From Octopus bimaculoides (lineage: Eukaryota): a DNA stretch of 64,000 nucleotides. A program made the position numbers and the translations under genes. The notes below the pieces were generated by a model, which saw nothing but the letters and a program-made list of their open reading frames with translations, made no database searches and had not been told where the DNA came from. The stretch is from assembly GCF_001194135.2 (NCBI RefSeq), contig NC_069001.1, positions 17,919,695-17,983,694 on the forward strand, given 5' to 3'. Within the stretch, counting starts at the first letter, position 1. Each line of letters starts with the position of its first letter. Positions 11,570 to 24,999 of the stretch are shown in pieces.

Positions 11570-13041
11570 CTACAAATAAATAAAAAGAAAAGACAAAATT
11601 CACAACTGGTATATTTTTATGATGGCATGTTGCAAATAGTCAAAGACAAGCTGGACAAAGAAGGAAGTACCGTTTCTTAAGCCCAAATCTAAATTATTCT
11701 GGAGAAGTCTTGTCTATTTGTGTTGGAGGAATGCCTCACTACATACTAAACTAACTCACTGCAGTTTGAAGGAAAGCATTTTTTTGACCATTGGTGTTGA
11801 TAGAATAAGTGAGACAGTGAAAAATAAAGCTTGCATATTGAAGTTTACAACACCAAAGACTTATGCTCTAGATCAGTCACAGGAAAACTGCAGCCCACAA
11901 TACTTCCTGTACAGCATGCAAACAAAAAATTACCTTGATGTTTTAGTAGTGCAGCCCACATGATGATGAGCCATGTTTCATGTGGCCTGCTTCTCAAAAA
12001 AAGGTCGTCAATGCCTGATCTAGTACAATCATCTACAAAATGTACACAAGTCTATTACAGTCTATCACAAATTAAAACAATGTCACTAACTCAGTAAGAA
12101 AGATACAGCTTTACAAGAGCTGGTATGTTCATACCTGTGAATGGCCTCTTAAGAACTGAAACCAAAACCTATACTTTAACAGGAGCTTTTTGTACTTGTT
12201 GTTCTTGTGAACAGTGAACCATTTATTGTCTTGTTAGAAACCTATTTTCAATGGCAATATCTTTTATCTTTTATCTTTTATCTTTTATCTTTAACTTGTT
12301 TCAGTCATTAGACTGTGGCCATGACGGGGCACTGCCTTCAAGAATTTTTAGTTAAATGAATCGACTCCAGTACTTACATTTTTGCAAACCTGGTACTTAT
12401 TCTATCAGTCTCTTTTGCTGAACTGCTAAGTTATAGGGACGTAATCAAACCAACACTGGTTGTCAAACCATTCACAAATAAATTATAAATTTAAAAAAAA
12501 CATGCCACAGACTGCGCCCACCTTGTTTTGTATGGAGATGACATTCCAGAGTTTCATAATCTATGTAATAAATACAAAATAGCTTCAGTCTGTGTCAACA
12601 AAAATATTTTCCAGTGAAGTTCATACATTCACAGAAGTTTGTATGCCACGGGAGGCAAAGAATCTTGACATTTGAACAAATATCTTTGTTACAAAAACAG
12701 AAACAAAAAAGATAAAAACCTTCCAAACAAAATCCTTCATTGAAGAAAGGAAATGTTTATTTGTCAACAAAAGTCTTAAAGCACTCGTGTTGATCCTACA
12801 TAAAAAGCACCCAGCTTTTTATGTAAAGTGATTGGCATTAAGAAGGACATCCAACCATAGAAACCAAGCCAAATCAGACTGGAACTTGGTGCAGCTCTCC
12901 TGCTTCTCAACTCCTGTCAAACCACCCAACCAATACCAGCATGGAAAACGGATGTTAAATGATATTGATTAGTAATCTGGTCTCCCAAGAATATTTATCA
13001 AGATTTGCACACTTCACTACATATAGAAGCAACTGACTTAC

Positions 13042-13124
13042 TTCTTGTTTATGGAATGGAACTCTCCTCGAACTGCCTGTGGATGGCAACATGCTTGGCG
13101 TAATTTCATTAATGGATGCAAAAG
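13042..13124 (-). CDS. SHPRH: SHPRH exon 14 (LLHPLMKLRQACCHPQAVRGEF)
   Basis: Different frame from the ORF track; ttgccag acceptor, AA|GTAAGT donor. Confidence 0.96.
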
Positions 13125-13665
13125 CTGGCAACATAAAGAAGAGATTAGGAATTAATATAACACTTAAGTTCAGCTGAACTATTTGCTCCATCCTGGAGAT
13201 GGAGGTAGAGAAAGTGATTGCAGCCTAATTGCAAAAAAGCTATTGTGGACAAATAAGCAGGATCCAACAGGAATGAAAATAAAATTATCAAAACATTATG
13301 AAAATTATAATATAAATAAAACTAAAAATTTATACACTTTTACCACATATTAAACATGATAAACATAATTAAAGTGGGTTTTTTTTTAAATTGTTCAATT
13401 TCACTGATAGTTAATTCTAGGACACCTTCTATATACACACACACACTCTTATATAAACTGTACTTGATGACATATAAGATGCACTCTTTTTGAAAAAATA
13501 TCTCAAAAAAATCACCCCAGGTCCTATATGGCCTAAAGTTGAGTCTCCCATAAGTGTTAATGCATTATTACCTGAATATGCACTGGTGAAATTAGGGTGT
13601 GTCTGATACCCCTGTGCATGTTTTATGCCATCAAATAAAGTATGATGTGTGTGTATACATATATA

Positions 13666-15081
13666 TCAGGTCATTTCACAAGTTCTGTCCGAATTTTGAA
13701 TAAAGAAAACAAATGATCAAATGTTATATTTAATTGAAATTTAATCATCAATGTACTTTCCCTGATTATCTATGACTTCCTTCCATCTATTTACAAGCTT
13801 TTTAATCCCATCAATGTAAATCTCTTTTGGTTTCAAAGCGAAGAACTCTGAAATATCAGTTTCAACCTCCTCCCGGCTTGCAAAAGTTATGTCCCCCACA
13901 TGATTCTTTAAACTACGAAACAAATGGTAGTCTGAAGGAGCAAGGTCAGGAGAATAAGGTGGATGAGGAATTTTTTCCCAACCAAGCTCTNNNNNNNNNN
14001 NNNNNNNNNNNNNNNNNNNNNNNNNNNNNNNNNNNNNNNNNNNNNNNNNNNNNNNNNNNNNNNNNNNNNNNNNNNNNNNNNNNNNNNNNNNNNNNNNNNN
14101 NNNNNNNNNNNNNNNNNNNNNNNNNNNNNNNNNNNNNNNNNNNNNNNNNNNNNNNNNNNNNNNNNNNNNNNNNNNNNNNNNNNNNNNNNNNNNNNNNNNN
14201 NNNNNNNNNNNNNNNNNNNNNNNNNNNNNNNNNNNNNNNNNNNNNNNNNNNNNNNNNNNNNNNNNNNNNNNNNNNNNNNNNNNNNNNNNNNNNNNNNNNN
14301 NNNNNNNNNNNNNNNNNNNNNNNNNNNNNNNNNNNNNNNNNNNNNNNNNNNNNNNNNNNNNNNNNNNNNNNNNNNNNNNNNNNNNNNNNNNNNNNNNNNN
14401 NNNNNNNNNNNNNNNNNNNNNNNNNNNNNNNNNNNNNNNNNNNNNNNNNNNNNNNNNNNNNNNNNNNNNNNNNNNNNNNNNNNNNNNNNNNNNNNNNNNN
14501 NNNNNNNNNNNNNNNNNNNNNNNNNNNNNNNNNNNNNNNNNNNNNNNNNNNNNNNNNNNNNNNNNNNNNNNNNNNNNNNNNNNNNNNNNNNNNNNNNNNN
14601 NNNNNNNNNNNNNNNNNNNNNNNNNNNNNNNNNNNNNNNNNNNNNNNNNNNNNNNNNNNNNNNNNNNNNNNNNNNNNNNNNNNNNNNNNNNNNNNNNNNN
14701 NNNNNNNNNNNNNNNNNNNNNNNNNNNNNNNNNNNNNNNNNNNNNNNNNNNNNNNNNNNNNNNNTTCTGCAAGTTCTTTCATTCAAGCATTCTTTCCCAT
14801 AAACTGAGTGTATGTTTCGAGTTGCTTCGGCTGCAGAGTTTCCTTTTTTGTACCCATAAAGCATTATGAGCCTCAAATGCTCTTTGGATACTTCCATGTT
14901 AGAAAGGGTTTTAATCAAAGAAATTTTAATTCTATTATTCTGTAAAATAATATTTAATTAGTTTAAATGTACACAAATGCATAAAAATAATTTTTTATTC
15001 CATTAGACATTCTAAAATACTATTAAATTCCATTCAATTTTAAAAAAGGTAAAATCGGACAGAACTTATGGGATGACCTGA
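13666..15081 (-). mobile_element. Full-length mariner element, centre hidden in a gap
   Basis: TA-flanked TIRs TCAGGTCATYYCAYAAGTTCTGTCCGA; ATG 14897 MEVSKEHLR...; C-terminus HPPYSPDLAPSDYHLF...GKYIDD* at 13741; no stops in the sequenced parts. Confidence 0.95.
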
Positions 15082-15724
15082 TACATACCTCTCCGCCACA
15101 GCAGAATTGATACCGGTGCTGGTGCCACATAAAAAGCACTGGTGCTGGTGTCACATAAAAAGCATCCAGTACATTCTGTGGAATGGTTAGTGTTAGGAAG
15201 GGCATCCAGCCATAGAAACTATGCCACAACAGACAATGGAGCTTGGAGAACCCACCCATCCACCTTATTAGCTCCAAGCAAACCATCCAACCCATGCAAA
15301 TATGGAAAACAGACACTAAATGATGATGAAATGATGATACAAACACACATACACACACACCAGGTGCACCATATATATCAACCCGTTATTTTATTATAAA
15401 CTAAGAAGTTTTAAGTTTTGATTAATGAAAGTTTACAGGTTGATTATTATATTTGTTTTAAAATATCTAAAATAAATTTACAATTCAAAATGGCCACCCT
15501 TTGCTTTCACCATAGCCCTTAATCTTTTCTCATATCGCTTTATCACATCGCAATTCTTTATACCAGCCATTTTCAATGCTACAATTTGTTTGAGCCACCA
15601 TATTTAATTGAGGTTAAACAAGAAAAGAAAAGAATGTCAGGAAGTGTTATACAACATTAGCAACTATTTCTGCAAATAATAATGTTTTAATTTATGCTTA
15701 AATAATGGGTAAAAGTATATGCAA

Positions 15725-15905
15725 CACCTGGTATCATCATCATTGGTATATACATATGTACGTACGTACGTATATACCAATGATGATGATACATACATAC
15801 CATATATACCAATGATGATGATACATACGTACGTACATACGTATGTATGTATGTATGTATGTATGTATGTATGTATGTATGTATGTATGTATGTATGTAT
15901 GTATG

Positions 15906-15940
<35 letters not shown>

Positions 15941-15945
15941 GTACA
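15725..15945. repeat. Compound (GTAT)n/(CTAT)n microsatellite
   Basis: Seen directly. Confidence 0.95.
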
Positions 15946-16060
15946 TATGTACACTTATACAACCTTGTTTGCTCTCTCCTTTTTCAGAAAAAAAAGGACA
16001 TCTGAAGGTCTAAGGTGAATTATACCATAGAAGGATGTTCAATTACTCATTTATACTCAC

Positions 16061-16126
16061 ACGGCTAAGTATTTTTCTATCAATACTGTTCAACTTCACA
16101 GAATAGTTCTTCCATTTGGACAATTG
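16061..16126 (-). CDS. SHPRH: SHPRH exon 13 (QLSKWKNYSVKLNSIDRKILSR)
   Basis: caccag acceptor after a pyrimidine tract, CGT|GTGAGT donor; resembles the KLSSLDRR-type segment. Confidence 0.9.
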
Positions 16127-16439
16127 CTGGTGAAAAGAGAAAAAAGAAGGTAATGAGAGAAGGAGAAAAAGGGAAGAAGAGAGAGAGAGAGATGGAGAGA
16201 GAAAACACAGAGAGAAATGGATATTACTTTTCAAACATGTAGTTAAATCAAGAGAAAGCAAGCAATAAAAATAAAGTCAATCCAAGTAAATCCCATTTAA
16301 TTCTAGTGACCTAGTGTTTAAGATATAAAGAAACCCAGTTCAAATCCAGTCAACAGACACATCCAAGAATGAGATACCTGATAACAGTTGGAAATCAGTG
16401 ACATAACTAATTAAAAAACTTTTCTATCCTTGATTTCCA

Positions 16440-16870
16440 ATATATGATTTTAACGAAGCGGAGTAAAACAATGTGTTCAGACGTAACTTCCAACTACCAA
16501 CATGTGAGACTCCAACACCTTCCTCTTGTCTCAACAAGACACGTTACTCTTAATAAGCTGCAGGCAGTTTTCTGGCTAACTTGAAGTTCTTTTGCCAGTT
16601 CTTGAGTGGTTTTACATGGATCTTTTTCAATGACAGTCTTTAATTGATCATCATGAATGACAGATGGGCGTCCACTACACTCACAATCTTCAAGGCTCAG
16701 GTCTCCACTGTGAAATCGTTTGAACCATTTTCAAACTGACCACACACTGGTCAATTCCTCACTAAACGTTTCATTGATATTGCAAGCAGTTTCAGCTACT
16801 TTATGTCCTTTTTTGAAGTTGAATAGCAAAATTGCTCGAATACCGCACTTTGACAGTTCCATTTCAGATG
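16440..16870 (-). mobile_element. Mariner N-terminal (HTH) relic
   Basis: MELSKCGIRAILLFNFKKGHKVAETACNINETF...KTTQELAKEL with stops. Confidence 0.8.
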
Positions 16871-16984
16871 ATTGTAACAACAATGAAAAATATATCAATG
16901 TTAATTTATTGATGCATTTTGATTTCTTCAAAAGCTTTTTGGTACTTGCCTCACCAGGTCTACTTAGCATCTTTTTTTTAACAA

Positions 16985-18530
16985 GTTATTCATGCATATT
17001 CGGTATGTATACCTGGTAATATAATTCGCAATCCCCAAAAATGCTTGTAACGTTGTCATATTTATCGGAGGAGGCATATTTTTTATTGCACTTGCCAGGT
17101 CTGGTCTACATCCATTTTCATCATTAATCTGCCCTGGATATTTTCTTGGCATAAAAAATTCACAATTTTCCTCGCTTTTATTTTTTCAAAGACCTTTTTA
17201 ACATGCTCGGCATGCTGACCACGAGATTCATTTTTTGAGTATGTCATCAAGGTAAGCCATTGCAAAATCCAAACCTGCAAGCATAGGCTCCATAACTCGT
17301 TGGAAAATACCTGGTGTTACTTTCATATCAGCAGGAAGTCATTTAAATTTATGCAATCCTTTATGGGTATTTATCATTAGTAATTTTGAACATTCCTCAT
17401 TAACTTGTACCTGTAGGTATGCTTCAGATAAGTCCAACTTTGAAAAAAATTTCCCTCCATTCACTTTCACAAAAATCTCTTCCAGATTTGGTAATGGGTA
17501 ATTATGTGGTATCAAATATTCATTTAACTATGTTGAAAAATCAGCACACACACAGATTTTATTATTTTTTTCTTGACATAAACTGTTAAGGACGCCCATT
17601 CAGTGTAATCAATTTTTTCAATAACGCCAAGCTTTTCAAGTCTATCTAATTCTTCATTAACTTGCTTCAACATTGCAAAAGGTAAAGTCCTTTTTGATTT
17701 AAATACCAGTATAGAATTTTCTTTTATTTGAAACTTTGCCTTTGTTTTGGTGCTAAGACCTAACTCATTAAAAAAAAACTTCAGGAAAAATCTTTTTTAA
17801 TTCTTTTTTTAATTCCTCCGACATTTGGCAGAAGAGCCATTCACATTTTTACAAAAAAATTTATGGAGAGGTCCCATAAGTTAAATAATTCCATCCAGTC
17901 TGTTCCAAATAAATTTGTCATATTATTCAACACAAAAAACTTTGGCTTTTAAGGTTTTTCCATGAAATGTAACATCACTTATCATTTCGCCCTTAAAATG
18001 CAATTTTTTTCCTGAAACACCACATGCAATTTTCAAAGTTTCTTTCAACCTAGGTTTTCCTATTTTTCTCTACATATCTGCATTAACTATCATGATATCA
18101 CTGCCCATATCCAATTGTAACTTGATATTCACATTATTCATTTTTATGAACACAAATTTTCTTTTCTGAGCTTTGCTTAAATTTTTTGTTCACAATATTT
18201 TCTTGCCAGAATATTTTTTTGTTGACCTTTTTTTTTTGTTTCACTCTACTATGTGAGCTTTTATGTCCAATTTTTCCACACTCAAAACATTTTAGATTTT
18301 TAAAATGACAGTTACATTTAAAATGTAAGCGTCCACACCCATTGCATGGATTGGGTCTTGACATTTGTTTTCTTTTTTTTATATCTGCCACAGGCCAACA
18401 CACATGAATATGAGACTAATCACCCTCTTAATTTCATCCACATCATGTCTTGAATTCATAATCCTCTGGCACTCCTCTGCCACAACTTGTAGAGTTAATT
18501 ATGAGTCCTGGGGTTGATTAGTTCAACTAA
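16985..18530 (-). mobile_element. Ty3/Gypsy gag-protease-RT relic, no LTRs seen
   Basis: Zinc knuckle CFECGKIGHKSSH; QLDMGSDII protease motif; FSKLDLSEAYLQV and AYLDDIL RT motifs; many frameshifts. Confidence 0.9.
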
Positions 18531-18650
18531 AATTCTTCAAGGCGATGCCCAGCATGACCACCATCTAACGACTGAAACAAGATAAAAGACATGCACACAC
18601 ACACACACACACACAGATAGATAAAATATGTGTAAAAACTGAGATTTTAC

Positions 18651-18758
18651 CTGCATAGCATCCCTTACACACTCTCCATACTGTCGGCGATAAAAATGTT
18701 CTTCCACAGGGGAAAAGGACAACCAATGCATTATTTCAGTCTGAGTAGGAATATTTAT
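18651..18758 (-). CDS. SHPRH: SHPRH exon 12 (INIPTQTEIMHWLSFSPVEEHFYRRQ)
   Basis: ctgtag acceptor, CAG|GTAAAA donor. Confidence 0.95.
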
Positions 18759-19120
18759 CTACAGAATAAAGAAAACAAACAAAATCTGTGAAACATTCTG
18801 AAGATTTTGAGACTAAGATATTTGTATGCAAAATCTATCAACTTACAAGTGTGTGTGTGTTGAAAGCATGAACCAAGCACATCATCATCGTCGCCATTTA
18901 ATGTCTATTTTCCATGCTAGTATGGGTTGGATAGTTCAGTAGAATCCAGCATGTTGAAGGACTATGCCTACCTCCAATGTCTGCTTTGGCATGGTTCCTA
19001 TGGCTGGATCCCCCTTACCAATGCCAACCACTTTGTAGAGTGTACTGGGTGCTTTTCACATGTATTCAGATGTAACTTCCAACTACCAACAGGTATAATA
19101 CACACTCACACACACACACA

Positions 19121-19157
<37 letters not shown>

Positions 19158-19242
19158 CAAATTAGAGAAAGAGAATATGAAATTCACAAGATTCTTTATT
19201 AATCACAACAATTGTTTCAACCCATTTTACATCAGTCTCTCA

Positions 19243-19476
19243 TGGGTGAGATTCCAGACAACTGGTTGAGGTTCATCCTTTGGTGCAGATGTCTTGTCAG
19301 GTGACTTTTCAAAAGGGTCCTCACTCAATAAACTCAGTTTTGCTTGGTTTGATTATAATGCATTTTGTTATTTGCTCGTAGCTGGTTGCATGCAGGAGTT
19401 CAGTCTGGAATGACACCTGACAAGACACATCTTCCCCAAAGGATGCACCACAATCAGTTGTCCAGAATCTCACCCA
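19243..19476. mobile_element. Hairpin MITE with ~65-bp inverted arms
   Basis: tgggtgagattccagacaact... pairs with ...agttgtccagaatctcaccca. Confidence 0.75.
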
Positions 19477-19880
19477 CAGGATACCAATGCAAGATGGGCT
19501 AAAATGATCTTTGTAATTAATGAGGAATCTCGTAAATTCCGTTTTCTCTTTCACTCATTTGTTATATGCTCAACAGAAACAAAGGAATTCCTGAAGTAAA
19601 TCCAGTGACATTTATATCTTTACTGTTGATGACACCAGATAGTCACAGACAGTGAAAGTGCTTTAATCAGCATACTATCAAGTGTGTGTGTGTGTGTGCG
19701 CACGTGCGTATACATACATATACACACACATACATTTCTTCAGCTAACCAAATATTGTCTTGCAACAATACAATTATTTCAATGCGTTCTTGTATTTCTT
19801 CAAAGACCCAACTAAACATACAATGTTCCAAGTATTTTTGTGAATTACAGTCTACATGACCCATGATCAAAGATATAGAG

Positions 19881-20174
19881 CATTGGTTCTCAACTGGGAA
19901 CGATATGACCCCTTGCGGTCCATATAAGCAAAATAGTAAATTGGGTTCACAATAGTATTTTAAGGGTTCATGAAAAATTTTGTTCAGATGTATTTATGGC
20001 AAGAAACAGCTAGGTTTCTTTCTCTAATGTTTTGTATAATTCAACCTACACAAGTTAATGTGTAAAAAACAAAAACAAGAATTTTGAAAGAAGCAGCTAT
20101 AAAACTAGTTTATAAACATTGAATAAAATAGTAATGAAAGGGGTCCATAGATAAAAAATGGTTGAGAACCACCA
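19881..20174. mobile_element. hAT-type MITE
   Basis: CATTGGTTCTCAAC / GTTGAGAACCAC ends; 8-bp TSD atatagag / atataaag (7 of 8 match). Confidence 0.75.
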
Positions 20175-21000
20175 ATATAAAGAATGTATCATCATAATGG
20201 TACACCTTCTATATTTTTGATCGTCATTTTACGTCCGCTGCCCATGTTGACTGCTTACCCAGGTAGATGAGAGCAATCTCATCTTGCTTGTAATTCATTT
20301 TGAGTTGGTTTCTACAGCTGAATACCCTTCTTAAAATCAATCCCTTTACAGGGTGAACTGGGTGCTTTTTTAACTCATGCCACCAGCAGGAGTAGAGAAG
20401 TATCATGTCCTCAAAAAGACTAAAGGATTCTCATAACATTATACTGGGTGTGTTTTTTTAGGAACACCAGCTGTAGATAGGTAACAAAGTTCTCATCATA
20501 ATTAAAAAGACATCACAACCTCACATCCATGAATGATAGTGATGTGTGGTATATTTGATAGTGGTGGGAGTAGTCAATATTCCGAGAGAGAGTGTGTGTA
20601 TGTGTGTGTAACAAGAACACCTCATCCACTGCTCTTCATCATGTTAAAACTTTTCACAATCTCATCAAATCCCAATTTTGGGATTTGATGAGAAGCAATG
20701 TCATGGAAAAAAAATAATGATAATAATAACAACAACAATAATAATAATAAATATTAATAATAACTAATAATAATAAAATACTTCCACAACACTTAATATC
20801 TAGGTGCCAAGTCTTATGATTTGAGGAAAGAGATCATGAGAAGCCCTGTGAGACCTTTGACAACAGGTTGTTGTCTGCTCTCACATAATTAACCAGAACA
20901 AGTAAGACAGAGAGCTCTGAGAAATAAAATAAAATAAACAACAACAACAACAACAACAAAATAAATAAATAAATAAATAAGCCAAAGAGCAATCCCTTAC

Positions 21001-21164
21001 TTCATTAATAACATGTTTCTTTGCTGTCCGCCACAAAATACTTGCCACAGTTTCATACAATGGTTGCTTGTTCTCATGTAAATATGGAATATAAAGCAAC
21101 TTGCACCACCATTGTTGTACCCAGTAAGGATCAAGACCAAGAAACAGTAAAAGTCCATGTAAAT
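21001..21164 (-). CDS. SHPRH: SHPRH exon 11 (LHGLLLFLGLDPY...LWRTAKKHVINE)
   Basis: ttctag acceptor, GAA|GTAAGG donor. Confidence 0.95.
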
Positions 21165-21774
21165 CTAGAAACAAGAGAAATTATATATCACACCAATCAT
21201 CACATCATTTTGAGATTTAAGAAAAGACAATGGTTATGAATTTTAATTTTTTTTATTTTTTATATTTGACAAAGATTTCTGTTACTGCTTAATCTTGAGT
21301 CATTCAAGACTGATTCAACTTATTTTTTAATTTCTTGCTGCTTTCACTAATTCTCATCACTCTCTGTTGCCACCAAATCCATTATTATGTATTTGAATTG
21401 AATTTTTCATTAGCTGATTACATAATCATGGACACCACCCCTATGGGTGCTTTGCAGTTACTCTCTTGACAAAGCTTAGTGATCCTGACCATTGATCTTC
21501 TGGGATTCCTCCGCTCAGCATCAATGTAAGAAGCACTGTTGGCTCAGATGAGCTCTTCTGATACCTCTTCACAATCCACCATGCTGCAGTCCCATGACTT
21601 CATTGTATCCCTGGCAGGGTGGCTGAATGGGTGCTGTGCTTTGCCAAAGGGCAGCTCATAACTATGCAAGGCACAGTCATCACTCCCTCCATGAGGTATT
21701 TTTGAAATACCCACATACCCAAGAGTCAGCTTATGATTAATATTTTTTCTGCTGTGACTATCCTCATCACTGTC

Positions 21775-23135
21775 GTCATCATCATCATTTAACGTCTGTT
21801 TTCTTTGCTGGCATGGGTTGAACAGTTTGACTGAAAACTGGTAAGCTGGGGAGCTGCACCAGATTTCAATCTGATGTGGCATGGTTTCTGCAGCTGGATG
21901 CCCTTTCTAATGCCATCCACTCCAAAAGTGTAGTGGGTGCATTTTAGGTGCCACCGGCATGGATGCCATTTATGTAATGCTGGCATCAGCCACAACTATG
22001 ATCTCACTTGGCTTGATAGGTCTTCTCAAGCACAATATATTGCCAAGGGTCTCGGTCATTTGTCATTGCCTCCATGAGGCCCAAAATTCAAAGGGTGCTT
22101 CTAATATGTCACTGACATGGGTGCCAAGTGTGTAACACTGGTATCAGCCATGACTACAATTTCACTTGGCTTGACAGGTCATCATGAGCACAACATATTG
22201 CACAACGTTCAAAGAGTGCTTTTTACATGCCACTGGCACGAGTGCCAGTTACATGACACTGGTATCAGCCACGACTGTGATTTCACTTGGCTTGACGAGT
22301 CTTCTCAAGCACAGTATACCACCAAAGGTGTTGGTCACTTGTTGTTGCCTCCATGAGCTCCAACATTAAGATCATACTTCATCACCTCATTCCATGTCTT
22401 CCTGGTTCTACCTCTACCACAGATTCCCTCCACAGTTAGAGATTGGCACTTCTTCACACAGCTGTCCTTGTCCATACACATTACATGACCATACCAGCAC
22501 AGTCATATTTCTTGTGCACATCTGATGCCTCTTATGCCCAGATTTTCTCTCAAGATGCTTACGCTCTGTTGTACATGCACAATGACATAGCACATCCAGC
22601 GAAGCATACTAGCTTCGTTTCTTTCAAGCTTTCACATGTCCTCGGTAGTCACAGCCCATGCTTCACTGCCATGCAGCATGACAATTCGCACACAAGCATT
22701 ATACAATCTACCTTTCACTCTGAGGGCAAGGCCCTTTATTACCAACAGAGGTAGGAGCTCTCTGAACTTTGCTCAGCCTATTCTTATTCTAGCAGCTACA
22801 CTCTCGGAGCATCCACCTCCAATACTGACTTGGTCACCTAGGTAATGAAAGCTATCAACTATTTCTAGTTTTCCCCACTGCATTTGATGGAGTCTATTTT
22901 CTGTACATTTTTAGTATTAATTGTATCTGTGCACCTTCCACATACAATAACTATTTTCCCTCATAACCTTCCTCTGATATTGCTGCACCTCTTATGTGTC
23001 CATAGCTTACATTGTATACATCTTACAGAGTTTCTACCTATACCTTTTCTACAGATCGAGCAGGGCCATCTACCTGAAGGAATTTGTGATTTGTCTTACT
23101 AAGACTTTGGTTTTTGATTCTAGACCTTGCTTGTC
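21775..23135 (-). mobile_element. RTE-clade LINE, 3' ORF2 plus UTR
   Basis: WPCSIC...C-H-C finger, RIGWAKFRELL, GRGRTRKTW; (GAT)n tail at ~21780. Confidence 0.9.
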
Positions 23136-23410
23136 TTTTGTAAATTAAGACATTGATATATCTGAAAAAGCCAGCCATCACCTGTGAACAAGTAAGGCTG
23201 AAACTGAAAGAAGCTCATTGTGTGTGTGTGTGTGTGTGGGTGTTTACATCCCTGTGACTTAGCAGTTCAGCAAAAGAGACCGATACAATAATTACCAGGT
23301 CTTAAAAAAAATAAGTATTGGGGTCAATTCATTCAATAAAAAGACCTTCAAGGCAGTACCCCAGCATGGCCACAGTCTAATGACTGAAAAAAGAAAAGTT
23401 TCCAACGTAC

Positions 23411-23489
23411 CATCAATATTTTTCTGTACTGGTGTTCCAGTCACACACCATTTATTGATAGCAGTGAGTCGAGAAGCCATTTCAGCTGT
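23411..23489 (-). CDS. SHPRH: SHPRH exon 10, motif III (TAEMASRLTAINKWCVTGTPVQKNID)
   Basis: ttctaag acceptor, G|GTACGT donor. Confidence 0.95.
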
Positions 23490-23554
23490 CTTAGAAGAAA
23501 ACAAAAAAAAGATAATGAGTCAAAATTAAAATGACACAAAAAGACATATGTTAG

Positions 23555-23726
23555 CCCTTTAACATTTAAACTGGTCATATTCAACCAAAATATTCTACCT
23601 GCTTTGTGTTCAAATCGGCAAAATCTGGCACCTCACACCTATCCTACAATGTCATCAGAAGTTTGATTCAAATCAATGTGAATAAATAAGTATCACATTT
23701 AACAGAATGATCTGAAAACTAAAGGG
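23555..23726. mobile_element. piggyBac-type MITE
   Basis: CCCTTT...AAAGGG|TTAA; related copies at ~8593-8760, ~25156-25343 and 53397-53613. Confidence 0.75.
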
Positions 23727-24013
23727 TTAAAACAATACTAGCATTAACGAAGAAGAATAGTTAGGGAAGTTATTAACAAATGGTTAAATGGCCCAGAAAG
23801 TTCACTTTGTAACCATGTGGTTTCAAATTCAGTCCTACAGCACAGCACTTCTAGTAGCACTTCTACTAGAGTCCCAAGGTCAACCAATGCTTTGTGAATG
23901 GACTTGACAGAAAGAAATGGACTGTATTGGGTCCCTATTCCAACCACACAAGAATGGCTACATAAATCATAAAACAATAAAAGAGAAATTCAAGGTAAGT
24001 TGAAGAAACTTAC

Positions 24014-24058
24014 TTTAGTAGTGGTACATTCAACCATCTGAGCTTCGTCTAAACATAC
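24014..24058 (-). CDS. SHPRH: SHPRH exon 9, 45 nt, Walker B (VCLDEAQMVECTTTK)
   Basis: Found manually; ttgcag acceptor, AAA|GTAAGT donor. Confidence 0.95.
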
Positions 24059-24312
24059 CTGCAATGGAGAAAGATTTGCACTGTAAACTTATCCTGCCTC
24101 TTTATTTTTTGTTTTACTTTGTTTTGTTTTTTGTTGTGTGTGTGTGTGTGTGCACGCATGCACATATGTGTGTATGCAAGTATATGTATGTATGCATGTA
24201 TATTTACAAGACTTGCTTGGTAGGTTTGGGTTAAACAGAAAGTGGAAAGTAATCCTCTTCAGATCTCTATGCTTAAATCCAGTTGGGAGATTAAGAATAC
24301 AAATAAAATATA

Positions 24313-24727
24313 GGTGCAGGTGTGGCTGTGTGGTAAGAAGCTTACTTCCCAACCACATGGTTCCAGCTTCAGTCCCACTGCATGGCACCTCAGGCAAGTG
24401 TCTTTAACTATAGCTTTGGCCAACCAAAGCCTTGAGAGTGGATTTTGTTGACGGAAACTGAAAGAAACCTGTTATATATATATATATGTATATATATCTA
24501 TGTGTATATGTCTTTGTGTTTGTCTCCCACCACTGCTTGATAACCAGTGTTGGTGTGTTTACATCCCCGTAACTTAGCAGTTCGGCATTAGCAAACAATA
24601 GAATAAGTACTAGACTTGAAAAAATAAGTCCTAGGGTCAATCTGTTCAACTAAAACCCTTCAAGGCAGTGTCCCAGCATAGCTGCAGCCAAATGCCTGAA
24701 ACAAGTAAAAGATAGAAGATAAAAGAT
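24313..24727 (+). mobile_element. tRNA-derived SINE with internal microsatellite
   Basis: A-box-like GTGGCTGTGTGG and B-box-like TTCAGTCC head; (AAAGAT)n tail; copies at ~12260-12470(-), 23200-23400, 33094-33450, 52510-52690(-), 61045-61370, 61600-61900. Confidence 0.85.
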
Positions 24728-24760
24728 CACTATTTATCTCCGATGAATACAAAATACAGC

Positions 24761-24886
24761 TTTCCATACAGCTTAAAAGACTACAAACCCTGAGAGAGAT
24801 AGCTTCATATTATGAAATGAGGGGTTAAAGTATATGAGTGAAGAAGCTAGAACAAATTTCTTGCTGTAGAGGCACTACATGGTTAC
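24761..24886. repeat. 126-bp direct repeat, copy 1 (copy 2 at 26750-26875)
   Basis: One mismatch in 126 bp. Confidence 0.95.
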
Positions 24887-24999
24887 CACCAATATATAGA
24901 CATTCTAACAACTACTTCTCACCCTGTGTCAAAGGACAACTCAAGAACAGCTTAGCTAATCATGTCTACAAAGCAACAAAAGAACCAAACACAACTTAC

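Noticed and set aside
12955-13191. Track ORF taken as the coding frame
   Set aside because: The real exon 14 (LRQACCHPQ) is in another frame.
21400-21760. GC-richer open stretch in intron 10
   Set aside because: In-frame stop, no splice-phase need, and no recognisable family.
24313-24390. tRNA genes here and at ~30966 and ~43835
   Set aside because: No complete cloverleaf; each continues into repeat bodies, so they are SINE heads.
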